From contig JAWOCD010000010.1 in assembly GCA_046483985.1 (NCBI GenBank), forward strand, positions 1 to 17,374: a stretch of DNA of 17,374 nucleotides, given 5' to 3'. The notes below the pieces were generated by a model. The model did not search any database. It saw only the letters and a list, made by a program, of their open reading frames with translations, and was not told the DNA's origin. Positions 8,349 to 17,200 of this stretch are shown piece after piece. This stretch comes from Promethearchaeia archaeon (GTDB lineage Archaea; Asgardarchaeota; Lokiarchaeia; Sigyniarchaeales; SOKP01). How positions within the stretch are numbered: position 1 is the first letter of the stretch; the number at the start of each line of letters is the position of its first letter. A program made the position numbers and the translations under genes.

Positions 8349-9377
8349 ATGACGAATAATATTTTAGCTAAAACTCGCTGCTATTTGAGTGGACCTATGG
8401 ATTTTGTGGGCTCCCGGGTGATAGAAAAGTTCTTGGGGTGGAGAGCAATCCTTACCCCTCTCTTAAAAGCATTAAATATCACTGTTTTGGATCCTTGGAA
8501 TAAACCGGCAATTAAAGGTCATGAAGATTATGGAAAAGAAGGAGTTTTACCTTCAAAGAAGGAATATGAAAAAGATTTCTGGACAAGCAATGAAACCAGG
8601 GCGAAATTTGAGACAGATTTCTGGGAAACCGTACATATTGATTTACGCATGGTCGATATTGCTGATTTCGTGGTCACATTTGTCCCAACGAATATTTATT
8701 CTGTGGGCACAGTACATGAGATTGTCACGGCCCGAAATCAATTTAAGCCTGTTTTACTTATCAGCCCGCCCGTAAAATATGAATTTTTTCCCGAAATTGA
8801 TTGTTTATCTGATGAAGTAAAACGGGTTCTTAAATACTATGGACTAAAAGAAAATCCCAAAGGGATCCCTTCTCAATGGTACGGTAATATCGTAGGCGGA
8901 CATTATATGTTTGACGGTTTCGGCTGGGAATCTCTTAAATTTAAGGTCGATGATTTTTATGAGTTATTGATCGATGAAGTAATTAGTAATGCAAAACCTG
9001 AATCCGAAGAGGGGGAAAGATTTTCTCGATGGAAAAAAGTAAAAAACTGGGTAAAAAATTTCGAACCGTTACAAAATCTCACGGGGGGAGTATTGGATCA
9101 TGTCACCTTTAAGGGAAATGAGGAGAATATGCTTGAACAAGAATTAAAGGCCGAAAAAGAACAAGAGCGTGAATTTTTCTGGTATAATACACCTTATAAA
9201 CCAAAACGTTCGGTTCTTTACCAATTATTTAATATTGCAAGCGGTTATATCCCTCCGCGTCTAAAAATGCTGAGCCATCTTGATGAGAATGGAGAGATAC
9301 AATATGAAAGTTATGAATCTACTGATGACAACTGGTTATTGATTAAGCACGATGAGCAAAAACAAGAAAAATCATAA
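8349..9377 (+). CDS. Nucleoside 2-deoxyribosyltransferase/DNPH1-fold N-glycosidase-like protein with C-terminal extension
   Basis: Motifs YLSGPM, WR, VLDPW, DLRMVDIADFVV, SVGTVHE (candidate catalytic Glu) and KPVLL. About 200 aa follow the core. It is co-directional with deoC across a 101-nt gap. Confidence 0.75.
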   Translation: MTNNILAKTRCYLSGPMDFVGSRVIEKFLGWRAILTPLLKALNITVLDPWNKPAIKGHEDYGKEGVLPSKKEYEKDFWTSNETRAKFETDFWETVHIDLRMVDIADFVVTFVPTNIYSVGTVHEIVTARNQFKPVLLISPPVKYEFFPEIDCLSDEVKRVLKYYGLKENPKGIPSQWYGNIVGGHYMFDGFGWESLKFKVDDFYELLIDEVISNAKPESEEGERFSRWKKVKNWVKNFEPLQNLTGGVLDHVTFKGNEENMLEQELKAEKEQEREFFWYNTPYKPKRSVLYQLFNIASGYIPPRLKMLSHLDENGEIQYESYESTDDNWLLIKHDEQKQEKS

Positions 9378-10004
9378 TTTTTTTTTATATCTTCCATCTT
9401 CCTTGTCTATGATTTGAAACCCAACTTTTTTTAAATATGTTTTATGTTCTTCATGATCTGAGCTGGTATATAAAGTATGATATTTTTGTTCTTTTAATCT
9501 GTTAAGTCCTTCTCTGAAGAGATATTCTCCGTTCTTAAAATCTCTATATTCCGGAATGATGTAATCAACCAAAATCTCTAACTCATTTTCGTTAATTGGT
9601 TCCGTGATAAAAATTCCTACGGGAATCATATTTCTGAGGATAAGTATCTCAATAGCCTCTTCATCTAACTCTTCCCGATTAAACTGAGGAAAGAAATCTT
9701 GAATGTCCGTTTGATAATAATCTATAAACTTTTCCAGAAGCACAGATAACCCATTTTTTATTTTCAAGATTTCGAATTTATCTTGGGACGTTAAAATATC
9801 ATTTAAATAATAGAGATTCACAAGAATGATGATTAGATTTACTAAAAATACGGGATACGCTTGAATAATCAAGCCATAAATAACAAAAATGATTGCGCCG
9901 GTCGTATTAATAATTCTGAGTTTTAAGATATTTTTCATTGCCAAAGAGATAGCGACCAACACGGAAGCCAAAAATCCCACAATTTCAAGCCAGATCATTT
10001 TCAC
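9372..10004 (-). CDS. YgjV-like membrane protein fused to a GNAT-like C-terminal domain
   Basis: Three N-terminal TM segments (GFLASVLVAISLAMKNILKLRIINTTGAIIFVIYGLIIQAYPVFLVN). The C-terminal domain has DYIIPEYRDFKNG and YLKKVGF. The start is GTG 10004 or ATG 9998. The 3' end overlaps the convergent gene by 6 nt. Confidence 0.7.
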   Translation of the reverse strand: MKMIWLEIVGFLASVLVAISLAMKNILKLRIINTTGAIIFVIYGLIIQAYPVFLVNLIIILVNLYYLNDILTSQDKFEILKIKNGLSVLLEKFIDYYQTDIQDFFPQFNREELDEEAIEILILRNMIPVGIFITEPINENELEILVDYIIPEYRDFKNGEYLFREGLNRLKEQKYHTLYTSSDHEEHKTYLKKVGFQIIDKEDGRYKKKL

Positions 10005-10116
10005 GTATTAAACCAAAATTCAAAATACTATATATTAATTTTAATTAAACAGTAAATAATTTTAAATTATAGGAGGATACTCACTTTTTGATTTTTCATT
10101 ACTGAGAAAAGCGAAT

Positions 10117-10135
10117 AAAAAAAAATAAGAAATTA
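10117..10135 (-). terminator. Probable oligo-U terminator closing the PLD/OB/TctA operon
   Basis: An A9 run at 10117-10125 reads as U9 on the minus strand, about 30 nt after the stop at 10157. Confidence 0.3.
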
Positions 10136-10156
10136 ATAATTATTTTTCCAGATATT

Positions 10157-11221
10157 CTAAAATTGAGCAATTTCCATGGCCACTTCATCCATTTCTTCTC
10201 TATCCCGTGTCTTCTCTTCTTGCGGATTACGTTTATAATAAATGTATAATCCCGCCAGAATCAAAGCTATAGGGAGTATTACCAAGTAGAGAAAAAATAG
10301 AAAATCGTTCCAAGGAAAGATACGTTCTGGCGCAAATCGGTTTAAATTCCATATAATAAGAATAGTTAACAAGTATGTTGTAATAAAATTAGCCAATGGA
10401 TCCATTGAGCGTGTCAGCCCCATACCCCTTTTACGTTTTCCAGTTATAGGCCAGATGAGATTGGAACCCAACCATCCAAACTGATCTACGATTACATGCC
10501 CCCAAACTCCGCCAACGACGATTCCTATAATGGTAAGAATCTGAAAATCAGTAAGCGTTACTCCATTAATTAAATAGAGGTATCCAGCAGCAATAGCCAT
10601 CAGAATTCCGAAGAAAATACCAATCGTGAGAGAGTGAGACCATCGACGATGCCATTGAATAAAATCGGCATAAATTTTATCTTCTTCTCTTCGGAATTGG
10701 AATGTCGGCCCATCCCATATATCCACATGAGTGACATCTTCATAGGAATATTCTAAATCTGGTTTATATTTTACTACTGCTATCTTTTCCTCTTCGGGTT
10801 CCGATCCTTTAATGATTTCTAAACCGGTGGTAATTAATGGACCAATTCTCACTTCCACTTCTTTTGCCTTTTGCCTGAATAATACCGAATATCTGCGCCA
10901 TAAGCCATTAGGCAACCGTAAAGTATGAAGTTTGAGCTTAACTGGGTCTTCGGTTTTATATGATCTGTTGATTGCTTCTGCGATCCCCTCAGCCACTCTC
11001 CACGGATCCAGTTCATGGTAGCCTGGACTTACTGCGATATCTTCACGCTCTAAATATCTGCTGAACTTAAAATCGAGAAAGTCGGGTAAATATCCAAATA
11101 ATCCTCCGATTGGTATTAACATAGTAAGTAAGACCAAATCGGGATCATATGCTGCGCTGACGACTACTGGAAAAAACGTCGCCACACAGACTCCTGTCAT
11201 AAAATGTGTTAAACCTTTCAT
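10157..11221 (-). CDS. YdjM-like membrane-bound metal-dependent hydrolase with ~130-aa soluble insertion
   Basis: Motifs MKGLTH, LPDFLD, HRRWSHSL, HVIVDQ and G..LIWP, plus several TM segments. A Shine-Dalgarno AGGAGGT lies at 11240-11234. Confidence 0.8.
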   Translation of the reverse strand: MKGLTHFMTGVCVATFFPVVVSAAYDPDLVLLTMLIPIGGLFGYLPDFLDFKFSRYLEREDIAVSPGYHELDPWRVAEGIAEAINRSYKTEDPVKLKLHTLRLPNGLWRRYSVLFRQKAKEVEVRIGPLITTGLEIIKGSEPEEEKIAVVKYKPDLEYSYEDVTHVDIWDGPTFQFRREEDKIYADFIQWHRRWSHSLTIGIFFGILMAIAAGYLYLINGVTLTDFQILTIIGIVVGGVWGHVIVDQFGWLGSNLIWPITGKRKRGMGLTRSMDPLANFITTYLLTILIIWNLNRFAPERIFPWNDFLFFLYLVILPIALILAGLYIYYKRNPQEEKTRDREEMDEVAMEIAQF

Positions 11222-11233
11222 TTTTTATTTTAT

Positions 11234-11240
11234 ACCTCCT
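11234..11240 (-). promoter_or_regulatory. Shine-Dalgarno site of the YdjM-like gene
   Basis: AGGAGGT overlaps the upstream TAG, 12 nt before the ATG. Comparable sites precede the other internal operon genes (12586-12581, 13450-13445, 14308-14303). Confidence 0.6.
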
Positions 11241-12570
11241 ATGCGATACCAAAAAATTGACTTACTTCCAAGGATAATCCTGCCATCGATAACATGATGG
11301 GTATTGTGATGACCGCAATGCAATGGACGCGCCGGGTATTGAAAAGCAAAGGAATGGCTCCAATTACCGTGGCAATCGCTAATATGATTAATCCCGAATT
11401 CCCCAACATTAGATAGGTAAGTGTAAGCATTACTATCAGTCCAAAGATTGAGATATATCTTGTGTCTATCTTATGAATTGACTTAGTTATTCCGTTAGCA
11501 ATTAGGGTGAAGAGATACCATCCTATTGCGCTGACGATAAATATGGTAGCAGCAATTATGAGCAATTCGCCAAATGTATTTGGAACATAAAATAATGTAA
11601 TAAATAAAGCTGCACCCCCCCTTCGAATTATGACTCCAGGGATGAATAGCAATAGCACCGCACCCACATAATAAACCGTTCTGGATATCCCTTGACTGAG
11701 CATAAATGACCGATCGCCAGATTGAGCCACCGCATGTCGGGAAAAACTATTACCTATCCCTGCTGTGAGGGAAGGTACCATCATCCCGATAGATCCTCCG
11801 ATGACACCGGCGGCAATTCCTTGCGCTAATTCTGCCGACGACAATTCAAACGTTTTTCCTAAGTTTTGCTTGGGAATCTCTTTCTTGGAAGCGAAGAGAT
11901 TTTGAATTAACGATGGGAATGCAAATAGTCCCACAAATGCAGCCGCTAACCCTTGAAATGAACGTTCTGCTGGAACCAGTTGACTAAAGAATAGTAATAT
12001 TCCCAATATACCCGCTGCAATAATCACAACTAAGCCCATGGATAATTGAACCCATGCCGCGGCTAATCGACCAATGCGCGTTTTTTGACGTGCCGGGTCT
12101 TTGGGCCATTCTGACATCCATATAAAGAGCATCGCCGTTGCGATAATCCATAACGAATGATCTACAATGAGATCAACCATGTATGTTAAAAATTCATTTC
12201 CAAATATGATTAGAAGACAACTAATGACAGCACCGATGACTGCTCCCAATCCGGTCAAGTAAACCGCCTCATATGCCTTTCCTTCATCTAAATATTTTTG
12301 ACTAGGGAAAACCATAAAAATGCTGGAATCATCCGGTGTCTGAAAATAAACCGCTGATATGCTTGATCCCATACAATACCCGACTAACATTGAAACAGTG
12401 AATGAAGAGAACACCAATGGATCCAGTGTTCCCGCGCCCAATAAAAAGAGTACCACGAATCCAAGGATTGAGTAGACATGAAATCCTGGGATCAAGGAAA
12501 GCAGCATCGCAGCCGTGACACCGATTATTCCAAATCCAATACATAACAAGATTAAACTTATCTCAATCAT
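11239..12570 (-). CDS. TctA/DUF112 (tripartite tricarboxylate transporter permease)-like protein, archaeal type
   Basis: Highly hydrophobic, ~440 aa. It has LIPGFHV in the first repeat and MVPSLTAG in the second, plus PDDSS..MVFPSQKYLDEGKAYEAV and GLFAFPSL. I prefer ATG 12570 (GGAGGT 10 nt upstream, 1 nt after the previous stop) over 12588. Confidence 0.8.
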   Translation of the reverse strand: MIEISLILLCIGFGIIGVTAAMLLSLIPGFHVYSILGFVVLFLLGAGTLDPLVFSSFTVSMLVGYCMGSSISAVYFQTPDDSSIFMVFPSQKYLDEGKAYEAVYLTGLGAVIGAVISCLLIIFGNEFLTYMVDLIVDHSLWIIATAMLFIWMSEWPKDPARQKTRIGRLAAAWVQLSMGLVVIIAAGILGILLFFSQLVPAERSFQGLAAAFVGLFAFPSLIQNLFASKKEIPKQNLGKTFELSSAELAQGIAAGVIGGSIGMMVPSLTAGIGNSFSRHAVAQSGDRSFMLSQGISRTVYYVGAVLLLFIPGVIIRRGGAALFITLFYVPNTFGELLIIAATIFIVSAIGWYLFTLIANGITKSIHKIDTRYISIFGLIVMLTLTYLMLGNSGLIILAIATVIGAIPLLFNTRRVHCIAVITIPIMLSMAGLSLEVSQFFGIA

Positions 12571-12571
12571 T

Positions 12572-13438
12572 TTAGGAAGAACCTCCATCGTTTATGATTT
12601 CTACATCGTAGAGCGATGCGGGAATAATTTCTGGTGCTCCATAATATTCCTGCACAATTCCCTCAACTTCGATGATGTCTCCATCTACCAAGGAAAGGGA
12701 TCTATCGGGACTAAATTCCCGAACATAATTGGGAAAATAAACGGTTACTAATCCGTCAAGGGTGAAATAGGCGTTATCATTATCCACCCAAGTTACCGTA
12801 CCGTTAATCTTTACCCGTTTTCCAACCACATCGGAAGCCGATTCATTATATTTATCAGATAACTCAAGTGGCGTAGTAGAAAAATCCACTTTACGGACGG
12901 ATTTGAAATGAGAGCTTGATTCCAAGTTCAGATATAAATCATCACCTCGGATATAAATCGATCCACGTACTTTGCAATGGTCATTCAATGCGGGAGTATT
13001 TTTGTCCTCTATTATTTCCTCGGTAGTCTCCGTATATGCCTTTACTTTAATTGAACCTGTCTCATCTTCCACCGTAAAGATCAGCATACTCCATGATTCG
13101 TCATCAGCCACGTTGTAATCAATATTAGTGATATCCCCTTCGATAGTTACAATTCCATAAGAATAAGTGGGCCCAATATCTCCGATATTCACATTGGGGG
13201 CGGGTTCAATTTGCGCGTAATGGGAAATCCCCAATATGCCGATGATTAATATAATCACAGTTCCGATTTGTAGTATCCGTAATCTAGTGCCATGCCGCAT
13301 TTTCGCTCCGCAATATGGGCAAGAATAAAACGCGCCGACATATGCTCCACATTTAGGGCAATATCCCGGTTTATTCTTATTCTTTTCAGATGAAGTTTCA
13401 TGCTTTTTCTTTTCTTTTTTGTTTTGACTTTTCTGCAT
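12572..13438 (-). CDS. Zinc ribbon - TM - tandem OB-fold membrane protein
   Basis: CPKC...CPYC is followed by the TM segment ILQIGTVIILIIGILGI. OB1 is VTIEGDIT...FTVEDETGSIKV...CKVRGSI and OB2 is GKRVKINGTV...GDIIEVEGIVQEYYGAPEIIP. The SD GAGGTG lies at 13450-13445. Confidence 0.8.
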   Translation of the reverse strand: MQKSQNKKEKKKHETSSEKNKNKPGYCPKCGAYVGAFYSCPYCGAKMRHGTRLRILQIGTVIILIIGILGISHYAQIEPAPNVNIGDIGPTYSYGIVTIEGDITNIDYNVADDESWSMLIFTVEDETGSIKVKAYTETTEEIIEDKNTPALNDHCKVRGSIYIRGDDLYLNLESSSHFKSVRKVDFSTTPLELSDKYNESASDVVGKRVKINGTVTWVDNDNAYFTLDGLVTVYFPNYVREFSPDRSLSLVDGDIIEVEGIVQEYYGAPEIIPASLYDVEIINDGGSS

Positions 13439-13441
13439 AAT

Positions 13442-14293
13442 TTACACCTCAACAATTTCGATTGATTTTTCAGTAGCAGTGGATGGGATAATCGCAATTT
13501 CGCCTTGATATTCATCAACTACCCCGGTAACTTTCACATGATCCCCGATTTCGGGATACACAACTGCATCGTCTGCTAAACCCATTTGTCCGGCACTCAA
13601 ATATGCTGTAATATTTTCATTATTCTCTGAAACCGTGAATAACATATATTGCCCGTTTTGATAGTCAATAGGAGATAAATATCGAGAGACAACCTCTCCT
13701 TCAATTTCTACTCTCTTCCCGACATGGTTAAGCAGAATTTCCCCAATTTCCATTTCCATTGTATCAACGGATAAAAACTCAATTGAATCAACATTTTCCA
13801 CCACCAAGGATGTAATTAGACCAGAATATGAACTATTATAAACATCGACCGTCCCTTCGACAATTACCTTATCTCCAATACCGGGTAAGGTGTCAGAATC
13901 TTGAAGATCGGAGGTAAACTCCGACCATCCATAGAAATCAATGGTTCCCGATGTATCGTTCACTGTAAATGATGCTTTTTCATACGTAGCATCATAATCC
14001 ATATCCACGATTGTACCCGAGATTCGGACCACTTCGCCCTCCATATTTGGGCTGATATCTCCGATGGGAGTTATAAGGGTTGCCTTGTGATATGCATAAA
14101 CCATTAACCCGCCACCGATTAGTGCTATTACAAGCATATATATATGAACCTTCTTCGTAGTTAATCGATCAATTTGTCTGAGAGAAGCGCCGCATTTATT
14201 ACACGATCCGATATCTGGCACCCGTTTTCCACATGAGGGACAGATTACATATTTTTTTTCTCCTTCATTAGACTTTTGCTTTTTGCTTATCAC
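13442..14293 (-). CDS. Zinc ribbon - TM - tandem OB-fold membrane protein (paralogous architecture)
   Basis: CPSC...CNKC is followed by the TM segment IYMLVIALIGGGLMVYAY. OB1 is GEVVRISGTIV...FTVNDTSGTI...GDKVIVEGTVDVY and OB2 is GKRVEIEGEV...GDHVKVTGVVDEYQGEIAIIP. The GTG start overlaps the upstream TAG (TAGTG). Confidence 0.8.
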   Translation of the reverse strand: MISKKQKSNEGEKKYVICPSCGKRVPDIGSCNKCGASLRQIDRLTTKKVHIYMLVIALIGGGLMVYAYHKATLITPIGDISPNMEGEVVRISGTIVDMDYDATYEKASFTVNDTSGTIDFYGWSEFTSDLQDSDTLPGIGDKVIVEGTVDVYNSSYSGLITSLVVENVDSIEFLSVDTMEMEIGEILLNHVGKRVEIEGEVVSRYLSPIDYQNGQYMLFTVSENNENITAYLSAGQMGLADDAVVYPEIGDHVKVTGVVDEYQGEIAIIPSTATEKSIEIVEV

Positions 14294-17200
14294 TACTTGT
14301 TCTCACCCGCTGAGGATTCAAAGGTATACGGATCATCTTTTTCCTCCTTTTGCTTTAATTTCTTTATTAAGAGTTTTTGTTTAGTGATTTTGGTCTGCAA
14401 ATCTTTTACGAGTTCATTTAAGGGGGATTTTTGGTCCTCTGAAATATTTTCCATTTCTTCCTTAAGCGCTTTTTTCTCTTTCTGAATTTTAAACATTTTA
14501 TCCTTCAGTTCTTGAATCTTTCTTTCTTGCTCAGCTAATGCGTCCGCTAAATTCCCGTGGTCTTCTTGTGCTTTAATATTCTCTGTTTCCTTTTCAATTT
14601 CCCCGATTTGCGATACATAGGAATCCATTTTATTGTCCTTTTGCCTTAATCTTTGCTCGAGTTCTCTCACTCTTTGCTTAAGATATTCAGTAGAGAGAAG
14701 AGATTGGAGGTCTCTTTCCGCATCGAATGCAATATAGCGATTTTCCCGATATTTCAGGATGGCAACTCTGTCAATGGGCGTGAGGTATTTTCCTTTTTCT
14801 ATCAATTGGTGACTGTGTTTTATATAATTTCTGACAAATTCACTCGGTTCAATATCATCCAACGGTTCCCCTTCCTCATTTAGGTGAGGAACCCTTACCT
14901 TCTCTCCATACATTTCGTGTACGCTCTGTCTTATATCATTTATATCAACGGGTTTCTCCTTTTTCGGGGGTTCTGTCTTTACTGCCTTTTTTTCTCTTAA
15001 CCTATCCCTGGCAAATTCTTTTTTCTTTTGAATTTTCCTTTTCCGTCTTCGAATGCTGTATCCAAATCCGAGGATACCCACATATAATACGGAAGCAACT
15101 GGGAGCCAGAATAACCACGTCGTAGTCTCCAAAAAGCCGTTTTCATCTTCTGGTTCCCCCGGATTTGATACCGAATACCCTCCCCAATCATAGTTAAATA
15201 ATTGTACATAATAGGAAGCCACCTCCGTACTATTCACAATTATCCCGATTTCACGATTTCTTGTGGCGGAATTTTCGTTCCAGTTCAAGGACGAGATCAG
15301 TACAGCCTCTTTATCTACAATAAGCGCTTTAACATGAAATTTCTCTATTCCTCCGGAGTTGTTTGAGTATTTGATTTGAACGCCGTGTGACTTGAGAATC
15401 GCAGCTGCTTCGTCATTATTATTATCCCCTTCTAAATTGTACCAAGTAGAATCGAGGATCACTTTTACGCTTACACCCCTATCAGCAGCATCGATAAGGG
15501 CATGCATAAGCGGATTGTTATTTTGTCCGCCATAATAATACGGCCATGTTGGATATAAGTAAAATAATTCAGCATATATACTGTCTTGAGCTTGGTTGAT
15601 TAAATCAACCACGACTTGGATTGTTTCATCTGGACCAACGACCGTCTGAAATGTGGCATTAATTGTATTGTAAGTTTGAGGCTCCTCAAAAAGGGGTTCG
15701 TAATTTCCCTCTAAGATCTCATCGTTTTTCTTGGGACTTACCACGTCAAAATCAGAGTAATTCTGAGCTAAATTCCAATCGAAATTATAGACATTTAAAT
15801 ATTTTGCAGTAATATCTGTGTTATTTACCGCAATACCCCAGCCTCGGTTTCCTGCCGAAGAGTCTTTAGGTATACCTGTATATTTAAAATTCTCGGTGGA
15901 AATTAATACCGTTTCATTATCAATTAGGAAATATTTCGAATGATAATAATTCAAGAATTTACCGCTGACCAGTCTGACGGTTCCGTTTTCATGGCCATTG
16001 ACATGATTTGCCACATATACCACTTCATTTGCCTCATCAGTACCGCCATTTTCTAAAGATGCTCCCGGATATATACCTTCCAGTAGTAATCTCACATGAA
16101 CACCTCGATCTAAGGCAGCAAGGACTTCTTGTAAAATCCAATAAGATGTAAATTGATAGACACAGATATCCAAATTATGCTGAGCTGAACCGAAAAGTTG
16201 TGTAAGAGCATTAAATGAATTATCAGGGGAGCTAAAGGCTGTAACAGTAGCATTTTCACTTATTGAACTTGAAAGGAAAAGTGAACTATTTGAGTGTTTT
16301 CCTAAGGAAGGAACTGTATCATATCTCCAATCCTGGCTAGAATTGGTATCCACATATTCATCATTTTGGTTGGGATTATAGAGTCTTGTAAGAGCAATAT
16401 CCTCTTCAGCGCTACTTCCGATGTATATCCCGTCACCATTCCAGCTTGAATTGTCGATAGTTTCTACAAATGGATCACTGCTCCGATATGCGACCCTATC
16501 AATGATGGTTTTGAAAGGATCAGTCAGAATTATATCTTTTGGGGCACTGTTAGGAAGTGTAAAATCTCCGCTGCAATTTAAACCGCTAAATCCGTATTCT
16601 CCGCTCCATGCTGATGCATCTCTCATGACCACCAAATAGGAATTTGCTGGAATGATTAAATCAGAAGGGAATCGTGTATCTTCACCACTGGTCCAATCGT
16701 CTGAATTCCAAAGTGACCAATTGCCCACATTTAAATCGGAATTTAAGGTGTTATATATCTCAATATATTCAAAATCTGAATCAGTTCCATTAGGATTAAT
16801 CATAATTTCCGTAATAAGAGCGCTTCCTGGTGTATCGGGATTATATTGAGGTAATGCTCCGGGTGTTGGACTCGATGTAAACCAGTCTGATGGTAGATTA
16901 TTATCCTCTAATCCTTGAGCTTTGGTTAAATTATACCTTTGAATCGATTCTCCAGAATCACTAGGCGCCGCAACGGTATCATTACTATTCCAATAATAGG
17001 TATTTTTATGTACATCTTCATCAAGATCTGAACCATAAAGGACCGCATCAACTACATCTCCGGTACTATTTCTTAATAAAACCCAATCTCCGTCATCCTT
17101 TAGGCTTATTGTAATATTAAAATCCGTGTTCGCATCGTCATCTCCAAGAGTTATCACCTCATAACCTTGAATTGTAATAGAGGGCAAACTCCGATTATAG

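Noticed and set aside
6534-8775. ORFs 6534-6944(+), 7441-7623(-), 7620-7817(-), 8087-8287(-), 8521-8775(+)
   Set aside because: They overlap the MFS, deoC or N-glycosidase genes in other frames or strands and have no independent support.
12572-14293. Replication protein A / SSB call for the OB-fold proteins
   Set aside because: Each has a TM anchor with acidic, probably external OB domains, which is incompatible with cytoplasmic RPA.
12329-16849. Small ORFs nested within the minus-strand operon
   Set aside because: These are alternative-frame or antisense shadows of the tightly packed operon genes.
17185-17187. TTG at 17187 as the start of the PLD protein
   Set aside because: The frame is open to the window end and encodes the first half of an LTD upstream of it, so the true start lies outside the window.
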